This document shows, piece after piece, positions 38,236 to 51,078 of a DNA stretch of 64,000 nucleotides. Location of the stretch: contig JBBIIL010000003.1 in assembly GCA_037446495.1 (NCBI GenBank), forward strand, positions 76,011 to 140,010, written 5' to 3'. The DNA comes from Chloroflexota bacterium. GTDB lineage: Bacteria; Chloroflexota; Limnocylindria; Limnocylindrales; CSP1-4. The position numbers were made by a program, and so were the translations under genes. The stretch's first letter is position 1; each line of letters begins with the position of its first letter. The notes beneath the pieces were generated by a model. That model saw only the letters and a program-made list of their open reading frames with translations. It was not told the DNA's origin and ran no database searches.

Positions 38236-38682
38236 TCACCGGTCGGCGGTGTCCAGCCAGATCGTGAACGGCCCATCGTTGACGAGCTCGACGGCCATCT
38301 CAGCGCCGAACTCGCCCGACGCCGTGCGGACGCCGCGGGCCTCCATCCCGGCGGCCATGCTCCGCCACACGCGGGACGCGACGTCCGGCGGCGCGGCGTC
38401 GGTGAACCCGGGCCGCCGGCCGCGCCGCGTGTCCGCATACAGCGTGAACTGGCTGACCACCAGGGCCTCCCCGCCGACGTCGCGGATCGAGCGGTTCGTC
38501 CGCCCCTCGTCGTCCTTGAAGATGCGCAGCTCGCAGACCCGGCGCGCCAGCGCGTCGGCCGTCGTGTCGTCGTCGCCGTGGCCGACGCCCACGAGGATCA
38601 GCAGGCCGTGCCCGATCGAGCCGACCGTCCGCTCGCCCACGCGGACCTCGGCCCGGGTCACGCGCTGGAGCAGCGCCCGCAC
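38236..38682 (-). CDS. dtd: D-aminoacyl-tRNA deacylase
   Basis: VRALLQRV ... GLLILVG ... SQFTLYAD motifs. The GTG at 38682 lies after the rpe stop at 38693. Confidence 0.92.
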   Translation of the reverse strand: MRALLQRVTRAEVRVGERTVGSIGHGLLILVGVGHGDDDTTADALARRVCELRIFKDDEGRTNRSIRDVGGEALVVSQFTLYADTRRGRRPGFTDAAPPDVASRVWRSMAAGMEARGVRTASGEFGAEMAVELVNDGPFTIWLDTADR

Positions 38683-38692
38683 GTCGCCTCCC

Positions 38693-39391
38693 CTACCCGA
38701 GGGTGGCGGCGCGCGCGGCACTCGCGATGGACCGGATGCGCTCCACCTCGACGGCCATGTCCTCCGCGCGATAGAGGGCGGAGCCGGCGACGACGACGTC
38801 CGTGCCGCCCCGGCCGATCACCTCCGCCGTCGCCGATCGCCCGCCGCCGTCCACCTGCACCTCGTTGGCCCCGTCCGCTGCCAGCCACGCCCGGGACGCG
38901 AGGAGTTTCGTGTCCGCCACATCTGTCATGAACGACTGGCCGCCGAAGCCCGGCTCCACCGTCATGACCAGGATGATGTCGAGCAGGTCGCGGTAGGCGT
39001 CGAGGGCGGTCAGCGGCGTCCCCGGCCTCACAGACAGGCCGGCCGACCTGCCAGCCTCTCGGATGCGCTGGAGCGCCGGGCGGATCTGTGGCGCGTCCAC
39101 CTCCACGTGGAAGGTGATGGAGTCACAGCCTGCGTCGAGGAAGTGCTCGGTCCAGCGGCCCGGCTCGTCGATCATCAGGTGGGCGTCGAACGGCAGGGCG
39201 GTGACGCCGCGCAGCGCCTCGATGGCCTTCCAGCCGAACGAGAGGTTCGGCACGAAGTGCCCGTCCATCACGTCAAGGTGGATCCGGTCCACGCCCGCGG
39301 CCTCCGCACGCCGAACCTCGTCGCCCAGCGCCGCGAGGTCTGAGTCGAGGATGCTGGCCGACACGAGGGCCAGGGGGCGTCTGATGGTCAC
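38693..39391 (-). CDS. rpe: ribulose-phosphate 3-epimerase
   Basis: SILDSDLA ... HLDVMDGHFVPNLSFG ... MTVEPGFGGQ motifs. The GTG at 39391 overlaps the rlmN stop (GTGA). Confidence 0.93.
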   Translation of the reverse strand: MTIRRPLALVSASILDSDLAALGDEVRRAEAAGVDRIHLDVMDGHFVPNLSFGWKAIEALRGVTALPFDAHLMIDEPGRWTEHFLDAGCDSITFHVEVDAPQIRPALQRIREAGRSAGLSVRPGTPLTALDAYRDLLDIILVMTVEPGFGGQSFMTDVADTKLLASRAWLAADGANEVQVDGGGRSATAEVIGRGGTDVVVAGSALYRAEDMAVEVERIRSIASAARAATLG

Positions 39392-40659
39392 CCCGTGCCC
39401 TCCCGTGCGCTCAGGGACGGCGCCGGCTCGTCGCTTCGCTCGCCGCGGAGGGCCGCCGCCGACTGGGCGACGATTCGCTCCCGGCGCCGCTGGACGACCG
39501 CCGGCGTGGGCTGGCCCGCATGCTCGGCCGCGAGCTGGCCGCAGGCGGCCCCGATCTCGGTCCCCCGGTTGAACCGGATCGTGACGGCGATCCCGGCCGC
39601 CCGGACCCGCTCTGCGAACCGCTCCACCACCGGGATGGGGCTGCCCGTCCAGGGCGTGTGGGCAACCTGGTTCATCGGGATCAGGTTGACGTGCGCCAGG
39701 TTGCCGCGCAGCAGGTCGGCGAGCGCGTCGGCGTCGGCCTCCGTGTCGTTGATGCCCTCGATCATCGTGAGCTCGTACGTCACGCGCCGGCCGGTCGCCT
39801 CGGCGTGCTCGCGCGCCGCGGCCACCACCTCCTCCACGGGCCACCGCCGGTTGAGCGGCACGAGCACATCGCGCAGCGGGTTGCGCGCGGCGTGGATCGA
39901 GATGGCGAGCGTGAACTGCGGGCCGAGCGCGGTCAGGCGACGGATTCCCGGCACCACGCCCGACGTGCTGACGGTGATGTGGCGCGCGCCGAGCCCGAAG
40001 CGGGCGGGGTCGTTGAGGGCGTCGATGGCCTCGAGCACGCGGTCCAAGTTCATGAGCGGCTCGCCCATCCCCATGAAGACCACGTTCGTGAGGTGCCTGC
40101 CGTCCACCGCCAGGCGGCGCTGGGCCTGGCGCACCTGGTCGAGGATCTCGGCCGACTCGAGGTCCCGCTCCATACCCAGCTCACCCGTGGCGCAGAACGG
40201 GCAGCCCACCGCGCAGCCGGCCTGCGAGCTGATGCACAGCGTGTGCCGCTCGCGCGCACCGTCGCGGGCCGGATAGTGCATGAGCACAGACTCCACCAGC
40301 AGGCCGTCGGACAGGCGGTGCACGGCCTTCTCGGTCAAGCCCGCGTCCGTGACCAGAACCTCGGTCTCGGCCAGGGTGTCGAACCGGAACGCATCGGCGA
40401 ACTGCTCGCGCACCGGACCCGGCAGTGTCAGCACGTCCGCGAAGGCCCCCTCGCGCCCGCGCCACACCGAGTCGAGCACCTGCCTCGCGCGATAGGCGGG
40501 CAGCCCGTGCTCCTTCGCCCACGCGGCCAGCTCCCCCGGCGCGAGGCCGGACACACCGGGACGCGGGTCGCGTGGACGCGTGGCCGACGGTGCGGGCCGG
40601 AGGCCGAAGAGCGGCATGATGTCGGGCGGCTGTGTGGTCATCGTGCCCGATTCTGGCAT
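39388..40659 (-). CDS. rlmN: 23S rRNA (adenine2503-C2)-methyltransferase, radical SAM
   Basis: CISSQAGCAVGCPFCATG (CxxxCxxC) with overall RlmN similarity. Confidence 0.92.
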   Translation of the reverse strand: MPESGTMTTQPPDIMPLFGLRPAPSATRPRDPRPGVSGLAPGELAAWAKEHGLPAYRARQVLDSVWRGREGAFADVLTLPGPVREQFADAFRFDTLAETEVLVTDAGLTEKAVHRLSDGLLVESVLMHYPARDGARERHTLCISSQAGCAVGCPFCATGELGMERDLESAEILDQVRQAQRRLAVDGRHLTNVVFMGMGEPLMNLDRVLEAIDALNDPARFGLGARHITVSTSGVVPGIRRLTALGPQFTLAISIHAARNPLRDVLVPLNRRWPVEEVVAAAREHAEATGRRVTYELTMIEGINDTEADADALADLLRGNLAHVNLIPMNQVAHTPWTGSPIPVVERFAERVRAAGIAVTIRFNRGTEIGAACGQLAAEHAGQPTPAVVQRRRERIVAQSAAALRGERSDEPAPSLSAREGTG

Positions 40660-40685
40660 GGAAGCGCGGGTCTGGCGCGGCGTCG

Positions 40686-41630
40686 TCAGGCCCGGCGCTC
40701 CTGATGGCCGCGCAGCCAGTCCGCGCCGCGCATCGACCGCCTGCCCAGCGGTGTCACCTGCTCCAGGACGAGCCTGCCCTCGGCGGTCGCGAGCGCGGGC
40801 TCGTCGCCCTGCCTGACGAGGGTTCCGGGCGCATCATCTGGAGCACCGGGCTCTGCGCGCGCCGCCGCCACCACCAGGCGCTCGCCGTCGAGGTCCACGA
40901 ACGTCCCCGGCCACGGCCGGTAGGCGCGGACCAGACGCTCGAGCTCGGCCGCGGAGCTTGTCGGGTCCAGCGCGCCGTCCGACCGGCGGAGCGCCCGGGT
41001 CAGCACGACACCCTCGTTCGCCTGCGGGACGGGCGCCAGACGACCGTCAAGCCAGGCGTCGAGCGATCGGTCGAGCAGGTCGGCCGCCAGCTCGGCCAAG
41101 TGCGCCTCCAGCTCCGATGCCGTCTCGCGGCCCGTCAGCGGGACGCGGAGCCGGGCGAGGAGCGGCCCGGTGTCCAACCCCGCATCCATGCGCATCAACG
41201 AGACACCGGCGTCGGCATCGCCCGCGGCGATCGTCGCGGACACGGGCGACGCCCCGCGGAACCGGGGCAGGGCCGAGGGGTGCAGGTTGAGCGCGCCGTG
41301 CGGCAGGTCGAGCAGCGCGGCCGGGACGATCTGGCCGTAGTCGGCCAAGACGGCGAGGGCCGGGGCGAGGGCGAGGACGGCAGCGATCGCCTCGGGCGCG
41401 CGCAGGCGCTCCGGCGCGAGCACGGGCGCGAGGCCCAACACGCCCGCCAGCGCCGCGACGGGCGTCGGCGTCAGGACGGCGTGGCGGCCGACGGGCCGCT
41501 CGGGCGCGGTGACGATGCCGACGAGCTCAATCCGTGGATGCGCCGCAAGTCGGCGGAGGGCGGGCGCAGCAAACGCGCCCGACCCGAGGTAGACCGTCCG
41601 GACGCGCTCGCCCGCCGGCCCGGCGTTCAT
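40686..41630 (-). CDS. fmt: methionyl-tRNA formyltransferase
   Basis: LNLHPSALPRFRGASPV motif and the def-fmt pair. Confidence 0.92.
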   Translation of the reverse strand: MNAGPAGERVRTVYLGSGAFAAPALRRLAAHPRIELVGIVTAPERPVGRHAVLTPTPVAALAGVLGLAPVLAPERLRAPEAIAAVLALAPALAVLADYGQIVPAALLDLPHGALNLHPSALPRFRGASPVSATIAAGDADAGVSLMRMDAGLDTGPLLARLRVPLTGRETASELEAHLAELAADLLDRSLDAWLDGRLAPVPQANEGVVLTRALRRSDGALDPTSSAAELERLVRAYRPWPGTFVDLDGERLVVAAARAEPGAPDDAPGTLVRQGDEPALATAEGRLVLEQVTPLGRRSMRGADWLRGHQERRA

Positions 41631-42181
41631 GCGAGCGCCTTGCTGGCCCTTCGGTGGCGAGCTCGCTGAGTTGCCCCCTCGTCAGCGCCGGCGTCCTCGT
41701 CCTCGTCACCGCCCTGGCCCACGGCGATCAACTCGTCCATGGACCCGAGGTAGTCGATGAACAGCCGGCCGTCGAGGTGGTCGAGCTCGTGCTGGAGCGC
41801 CCGCCCCAGGAGCCCCGAGCCCGAGACCTTGTACTTCCTGCCGCGCCGGTCCTGGGCCACCACCCAGACCTTCTCCTTGCGTGTCACGTAGGCGAAGTAG
41901 CCGGGGACCGAGAGGCAGCCCTCGAGGTCGCGGTCCGTGCCATCCGAGCGCACGATCATCGGGTTCACCAGCTCGTAGAGGCGGCTCTCGACCTCGACGA
42001 CGGCACAGCGGACCGGCTCGCCAACCTGCGGCGCGGCCAGCCCGACGCCCGGCGCTGCCCGCATGGTCGCGGCGAGGTCGTCGAGCAGCCCGTGGAGGTA
42101 CTTGCCGAAGCTGTCCACGGGCTGGCCCTTGAGCCGGAGCCTCGGGTCGCCGAGCAGGACGATGGGTCGAACACCACTCAT
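41627..42181 (-). CDS. def: peptide deformylase
   Basis: GVGLAAPQVG, EGCLSVPG and HELDHLDG motifs. Confidence 0.95.
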   Translation of the reverse strand: MSGVRPIVLLGDPRLRLKGQPVDSFGKYLHGLLDDLAATMRAAPGVGLAAPQVGEPVRCAVVEVESRLYELVNPMIVRSDGTDRDLEGCLSVPGYFAYVTRKEKVWVVAQDRRGRKYKVSGSGLLGRALQHELDHLDGRLFIDYLGSMDELIAVGQGGDEDEDAGADEGATQRARHRRASKALA

Positions 42182-42242
42182 GGCCCGAGTATACGGAACG
42201 GGGCGCCACCGACCCTCGGCGGCGCCTCGTGGCCGTGCCCCG

Positions 42243-42662
42243 CTATGCCTCGACGGACCCCTCGGTGAGCTCCTTGGGCGCCGCTTCGGCGGCCTCCTCG
42301 CCGGCCTTGGCGGCCTCGTTCTCGTGACGCCAATCGGCGGCGACCGACTGCGCCTTCTCTGCGAAGCGCTGGCCGTACTCGGTGGTGACCGATGCGGCCT
42401 TCTGCGCGGCGGGGCCGGCCTTCACGGCCGCGATGGCGGCGAGCTCGGCAGCCTTGGCCCCAACCTCGCGGGCAACCGGTGCGGCCTGCGTCGCGACCTG
42501 CTGGATCATCGTCTCGAGCTGGCTGAGCCACTCGCGGGCGCGGGAGCTTGCGGCCGCGTCGGCGGCAGCCCCGTCGGCGGCAGCCCGGTCGGCGGGGGCG
42601 TCGGCGGGGGCGTCGGCGGCCTCGGGCGCGGGCTCGATGGCCTCGATCGGCTGGTCGGTCAT
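42243..42662 (-). CDS. 139-aa Ala/Glu-rich helical protein, hypothetical
   Basis: The ATG at 42662 follows a strong AAGGAGG. The N-terminus is encoded by short GC-rich tandem repeats (ADAPADAPADRAAADGAAADAAA). I recognise no family. Confidence 0.5.
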   Translation of the reverse strand: MTDQPIEAIEPAPEAADAPADAPADRAAADGAAADAAASSRAREWLSQLETMIQQVATQAAPVAREVGAKAAELAAIAAVKAGPAAQKAASVTTEYGQRFAEKAQSVAADWRHENEAAKAGEEAAEAAPKELTEGSVEA

Positions 42663-42738
42663 GGCGGACCTCCTTCGTTGGTGTCGGTCCCCATTGTCGC
42701 CACCTGCGCCAATTCGGCCAGAGCCGAGGGTCGCGACC

Positions 42739-45279
42739 CTAGAGGAGCGTCTCGGGATCCACGTCCACACTCCACGGCGCGGCTGGCAGCGGGTCCAGCA
42801 GGGCCACCGGGTCCGGCCCGCGCAGCACCACGCTATACCGCCACCTCTCGGCGCGCCGGGCAACGAATGCGGGCGCCGGCCCGACGACCTGAACGGTCGG
42901 CGCCACGAGGCGAGCACGTGCCCGCAGCTCGTCGGCATAGGCGATCGCCGCCTTCTCCGCCGCCTCGCGCACAGGCAGACCCACGGTCAGCTTGACCAGC
43001 CGGCCGAACGGCGGCGAGCCGAAGCGCTCGCGCAGCGCCAGCTCCTGGGCGTAGAACGAGGCGGCGTCACGGTCGGCCACGGCGGTGATGGCCCGGTGGT
43101 CGGGGCGGTACGTCTGGATGAACGCCATCCCCGGCCGACCGCCGCGCCCGGCCCGGCCCACGGCCTGGGCCAGCAGCTGGTACGTCCGCTCGGCCGCCCG
43201 CTCGTCGGGCAGGTTGAGCGCCACGTCCGCCGACACCACCCCCACGAGGGTCACCTCGGGCACGTCGATCCCCTTGGCCACGAGGCTCGTCCCCACGAGC
43301 ACGTCGAGGTGCCCGGCAGCGAACGCGTCGAGCACGCGCTCGGTGGCGCCCTTGCGCTCGGCAATGTCGCGGTCGAGGCGGCCCGTGCGGAGATGCGGGA
43401 ACCGTGCCCGGACATCGTGCTCCACGCGCTCGGTGCCGCCGCCGAGGTAGCGGATCCGCGGCGACGAGCACGCCGGGCAGCGCGTGGCGGGCGGCCAGGC
43501 GCGGCCGCAGTGATGGCACCGAAGCGTGGTCCCGGCCCGGTGGTACACGAGCGGGCGCTCGCAGTCGGGGCACTCCTGGACGAACCCGCAGTCGCGGCAG
43601 ACGACGACCGAGGCGGTCCCGCGGCGGTTGAGCACGAGGATGGCACGGTCGCCGGCGCGGGTGTCCAGCGCGGCCAGCGCGGCGGCCAGGGGTCCAGAGA
43701 GGATCCCCCGATTGCCGGAGGCCAGCTCCTCGCGCATGTCCACGATAGTGACACTCGGCTCGGTGCCAGCCGCCCGGGTCGGCAGGACGAGACGCCGGTA
43801 CTCGCCCGCCCTCGCGCGGCCCACGCTCTCGACCGACGGCGTCGCCGACCCGAGGACGACCGCGGACCCGGCGCGCGCGGCAAGGTCCAGGGCCGCGTCG
43901 CGCGCCTGGAAGCGCGGCGTCCGGTCGCTCTTGTACGCGGGGTCATGCTCCTCGTCCACGACGATGAGCCCGACGTCCGCGAGGGGCGCCAGGACGGCGG
44001 TCCTCGTGCCCACCACGACGTCCGCGCCGCCGGCCCTGATCCTGCGCCACTCGTCCGCGCGCTCGCCCTCCCCGAGCGCGGAGTGCAGGACCGCGATCCG
44101 GGCCGCGAGGTCAGCGCGGAGCCGGTCCACCACCGGCATGGCGAGCGCGATCTCCGGGACCAGCAGCAGCGCGGGGCGACCCGCAGCGAGGCAGGCGGCG
44201 ATCGCCTCGACGTAGATCGCGGTCTTGCCGCTTCCGGTGACCCCGTCGAGCAGCAGGGGCCGAGGGTCGCGCGCTTCCACTGCCGCAAGGACCGCGTCGA
44301 GCGCCGACGCCTGGTCCGGCGTGAGGTCCGCGTCCGCCGGCCGGGCGCCGCGCGAGGGCACCGGGCGATCGGCCAACGGCCGGCGCGGACGCTCGCGCAC
44401 CTCCACCCGAACCAGTCCGCGCCGCACGAGGCCCACGAGCGCGGAGGATCCGTGGCGGCCGACGACGGGCGCGGCGACGACCCCGTCCGCAGAGTCCTCA
44501 GCCGCCTCGGCCGCCGCTGCCAGCTCGTGAAGCGCGCCGGTCTGCCGTGGCCCCAACGGGCGCCCCGGGGGCTTCGACCCTGCCCGGATCCGCGCCGCCG
44601 CGTCGGCGCCCGCGGTCGTCAGCCAGAGTCGCCGCTCATACCGGAGACCCGCCGTCGTCCCGAGCAGCGTCCAGGCGAGGTCCACGAGCCCGGCATCGGC
44701 CAGCACCCGGAGTTGGCGCAGGAGCGCCCCGCGGCCCTCCGGCGACGCCAGGTCGCGTGCGGGCCGTGACCGACCGGCCAGGTCGTCGAGGAGGGCCAGG
44801 TCGGCCGGTGGCATGCCCCCCTCAACAGCCGCCATGGCCGTCTCCCCGGCTGGCGTGACCTCGACCATCAGCTCGAGCCGCTCCAGGAGGCCCGGAGGAA
44901 GCATCGCCCGGACGACTGCGGCAACCGGCGCGAGGTACCGCGCGGCAATCCCCTGCGCGAAGCCGAGTGCGAGCGGCGGCAGCAGCGGCCCGTCGGTGCG
45001 GACGCGCGCGACGATGGGCCGCGCCTCGGGTCCGGCCGGCCCGACCTCAGCCAGCGTCGACGCCCCGCGGCGGGAAGTCGCTTCCCCGAGCACGATCCCG
45101 ATCGCCTGACGACGCCCGAAGGGCACCAGCACGGCCTCGCCGGGCTCCAGGTCTGCCAGCGACGATGGCACGGCATACGTCCAGGTGCGCGGCCCCGGCC
45201 CGCCCGGCGCGTCCACTGCCACCTCGACCAGACGCGCTGCGCCCAGGTCGGGCTCGGGCTCGAACGGCAGCACCGGCAC
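42739..45279 (-). CDS. priA: primosomal protein N' (PriA helicase)
   Basis: GVTGSGKT Walker A, a DEEH box, and a Cys4-type zinc-finger insertion (CRDCGFVQECPDCERPL...CHHCG). The GTG starts at 45279/45273 lie just after the gmk stop. Confidence 0.9.
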   Translation of the reverse strand: MPVLPFEPEPDLGAARLVEVAVDAPGGPGPRTWTYAVPSSLADLEPGEAVLVPFGRRQAIGIVLGEATSRRGASTLAEVGPAGPEARPIVARVRTDGPLLPPLALGFAQGIAARYLAPVAAVVRAMLPPGLLERLELMVEVTPAGETAMAAVEGGMPPADLALLDDLAGRSRPARDLASPEGRGALLRQLRVLADAGLVDLAWTLLGTTAGLRYERRLWLTTAGADAAARIRAGSKPPGRPLGPRQTGALHELAAAAEAAEDSADGVVAAPVVGRHGSSALVGLVRRGLVRVEVRERPRRPLADRPVPSRGARPADADLTPDQASALDAVLAAVEARDPRPLLLDGVTGSGKTAIYVEAIAACLAAGRPALLLVPEIALAMPVVDRLRADLAARIAVLHSALGEGERADEWRRIRAGGADVVVGTRTAVLAPLADVGLIVVDEEHDPAYKSDRTPRFQARDAALDLAARAGSAVVLGSATPSVESVGRARAGEYRRLVLPTRAAGTEPSVTIVDMREELASGNRGILSGPLAAALAALDTRAGDRAILVLNRRGTASVVVCRDCGFVQECPDCERPLVYHRAGTTLRCHHCGRAWPPATRCPACSSPRIRYLGGGTERVEHDVRARFPHLRTGRLDRDIAERKGATERVLDAFAAGHLDVLVGTSLVAKGIDVPEVTLVGVVSADVALNLPDERAAERTYQLLAQAVGRAGRGGRPGMAFIQTYRPDHRAITAVADRDAASFYAQELALRERFGSPPFGRLVKLTVGLPVREAAEKAAIAYADELRARARLVAPTVQVVGPAPAFVARRAERWRYSVVLRGPDPVALLDPLPAAPWSVDVDPETLL

Positions 45280-45286
45280 GCGCCTG

Positions 45287-45916
45287 CTAGGTGATCCTGA
45301 CGCGGCGGTCGGCGTTGCGGCGCTTCTCCTGGGCGATGATCGCCTCGATCTCCGCGGCGGTCCGCGCCTGCTGGTTGGTCTCGTTGACCACGACGCGGTC
45401 ATAGTCGCCGCTCCTCGCCAGCTCGACCGCGGCATTGCGCTGGCGGATCTCGAGCTCGTCGGCGGTTTCCGTGGCGCGCGAGCGGAGGCGCTGGAACAGC
45501 TCCTCCATCGACGGCGGCACCAGGAACACCAGGAGCGCGTCGGGGGCCCGCTGCTTGACCGCGGATGCGCCCTGCACGTCGATCTTGAGGATCACGTCGT
45601 GACCCTCGGCCAGCGAGTCGGCAACCTCGTTGCGGGGCGTGCCGTACCAGTTGCCGTGGACCTCGGCGAACTCGAGCAGCTCGCCGGCGTCACGCAGCCT
45701 CGCGAACTCCGCTGTTGTGAGGAATTGGTAATTGACGCCCGGGACCTCGCCCGGCCGCGGGTGGCGCGTCGTGCAGGTGACCACGTAGTGGTAGTCCGGG
45801 TCCCTCGGCCGCTCGCGGAGGGCGTCGAGGATCGTGTCCTTGCCCACCCCCGACGGCCCGCTGATGATCACCAGCTGGGCCCCGGGCGCCCCGAGCAGCG
45901 GCGTGGGGTCGGTCAT
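45287..45916 (-). CDS. gmk: guanylate kinase
   Basis: ISGPSGVGKDT P-loop with typical Gmk sequence. Confidence 0.93.
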   Translation of the reverse strand: MTDPTPLLGAPGAQLVIISGPSGVGKDTILDALRERPRDPDYHYVVTCTTRHPRPGEVPGVNYQFLTTAEFARLRDAGELLEFAEVHGNWYGTPRNEVADSLAEGHDVILKIDVQGASAVKQRAPDALLVFLVPPSMEELFQRLRSRATETADELEIRQRNAAVELARSGDYDRVVVNETNQQARTAAEIEAIIAQEKRRNADRRVRIT

Positions 45917-46995
45917 GCCGGACCTCCTGCGGGCCGGCGCCCGGCCGAGGCCTCCGCCGCCCGCAACCCCTCGAGCACGGAGGCGAGCGCGTCGGGGATC
46001 GGCGCCTCAACCCGGATCAGCTTCGACGAGGTGGGCGACACGAGCTCGAGCCGCCACGCGTGGAGGAACAGCCGCTCCAGGCCGTCGGGGCCCTTGCGCG
46101 CCGTCCCGGTCCCGTAGACTGCGTCGCCCGCCACCGGGTGGCCCAGCGCGGCGCAGTGGACGCGGATCTGGTGCGTCCGGCCGGTCACGAGGTCCAGCTC
46201 CAACAGCGTCCAGTCGCGGAACCGCTCGCGCACGCGGTAGCCGGTGGTGGACGGGCGTCCGTCCGAGACCACGGCCATGCGCTTGCGATCCTTCGGGTCG
46301 CGTCCGATCGGCGCCTCGATACGGCCCACCGCCGCCGCGACCGAGCCCAAGACCAGCGCGAGGTAGGTCTTGCGCACCCGGCGCGCCTTGAGCTGCGCCA
46401 TCAGCCCGGCCTGCGCGGCGTCGTTGCGGGCCACGATGAGCAGCCCCGAGGTGTCCCGGTCCAGGCGGTGGACGATGCCCGGGCGGACGACGCCGGCGAT
46501 GCCACCGTAGTGGTCACCGCGGGCGAGCAGCGCGTTGACGAGCGTGCCGCGCCAGTGCCCGGGCGCTGGGTGGACCACGAGGCCCGACGGCTTGTTGACG
46601 ATCAGGACGTCGTCGTCCTCATAGACCACGTCCACCGGGATCGTCGGGTCCGGCTCGAGGTGGTACGGGATCTCCGCCGGCGGCACCTCGAGCGTGACCA
46701 CGCCCGGGCCGCGCATCTCGGAGTTGGCGCGCAGGCGCCGGCCGGAGCCGTCCGCCAGGTGGCCGTCGCTGATCAGCTTCTGGACGTACGAGCGCGAGAG
46801 GCCGGTGCGGTCTGCCACGAACCGGTCGATGCGGCCGATGACCGCGCCGTCGGGAACCACCAGTCGCCGCGGGCCGGGCTCCACCGACGGGGGCGCCGGC
46901 TCGATGCCGAGCGAGCCCTCGAGGTCCTCGTCGCCGTCAACCACATCGTCCGTGGCGTCCTCGTGCGGGTCGGCGCGGTGACCGGGGTCAGTCAT
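45913..46995 (-). CDS. rluD: RluA-family 23S rRNA pseudouridine synthase (RluD-like) with S4 domain
   Basis: RIDRFV...SRSYVQKLI S4 domain and the HRLDRDTSGLL catalytic motif. Confidence 0.88.
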   Translation of the reverse strand: MTDPGHRADPHEDATDDVVDGDEDLEGSLGIEPAPPSVEPGPRRLVVPDGAVIGRIDRFVADRTGLSRSYVQKLISDGHLADGSGRRLRANSEMRGPGVVTLEVPPAEIPYHLEPDPTIPVDVVYEDDDVLIVNKPSGLVVHPAPGHWRGTLVNALLARGDHYGGIAGVVRPGIVHRLDRDTSGLLIVARNDAAQAGLMAQLKARRVRKTYLALVLGSVAAAVGRIEAPIGRDPKDRKRMAVVSDGRPSTTGYRVRERFRDWTLLELDLVTGRTHQIRVHCAALGHPVAGDAVYGTGTARKGPDGLERLFLHAWRLELVSPTSSKLIRVEAPIPDALASVLEGLRAAEASAGRRPAGGPA

Positions 46996-47562
46996 CCGTC
47001 CCCCACTCCGCCGTGAAGGGGAAGAGCGCCACGATGAAGATCATGATCAGCGAGGTGGTGATGGCCGCGTCCGCGATGTTGTACGTCCAGAAGCGCCACG
47101 CGCCGACGCCCATGTCGATCCAGTCCACAACCTCGCCGAAGCGCAGGCGGTCGATGAGGTTGCCGATGGCGCCGCCGAGCAGCAGCGCGGTGGCGACCGA
47201 CATCACGATCCCCCGGCCAGCCCTCCGGTGGTACACGACGATCAGGACGATGACCACCAGCGACACGATGGCGAAGGCGGTGGCGGACTGCGGCACCATC
47301 CCGAACAGGATGCCGCTGTTGGCGCCATGGACGAAGTTGAGCCACGTCCCGAGGACCGAGATCCCCGAGCCCCTCTCGATGTTGGCGACGATCCACGACT
47401 TGGTGAGCTGGTCCGCGACGACGACCGCGATCGCGATGGCCGCGAACAGGAGCCACCGACGGGCCGACGGGCCGCTCCACGCCTTCGCAGCGGGAGCGTC
47501 CTCGTCGACGATCTCCTCGTCCTCGCGTGCGTCGAGGCCCTCGGCCCGCCGCTCGGCCACCA

Positions 47563-47563
<1 letters not shown>
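46988..47563 (-). CDS. lspA: lipoprotein signal peptidase II
   Basis: Four TM helices with the NSGILFG-type motif and NLIDR. The ATG at 47563 shares one nt with the ileS stop (TGATG). Confidence 0.88.
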
Positions 47564-50877
<3,314 letters not shown>

Positions 50878-51078
50878 TGGGCCTCGAGCGTCGCGGGCGC
50901 GGCTCCCTCTGGCGGGCCGCGGCGGGCCTCTAAGTCTACGGAACGTCGCCGACCCGTGCGGGGGAGAGACGCCGCGCCGGCGGCGGCGGGCGCAACGCCG
51001 TTGCCGAGCCCCTCGTGAAGGCTTCTGAACGGAGACTTCGCCAGCCCAGTTCCGCTCGGCATCGTATGATCCGGCGCG

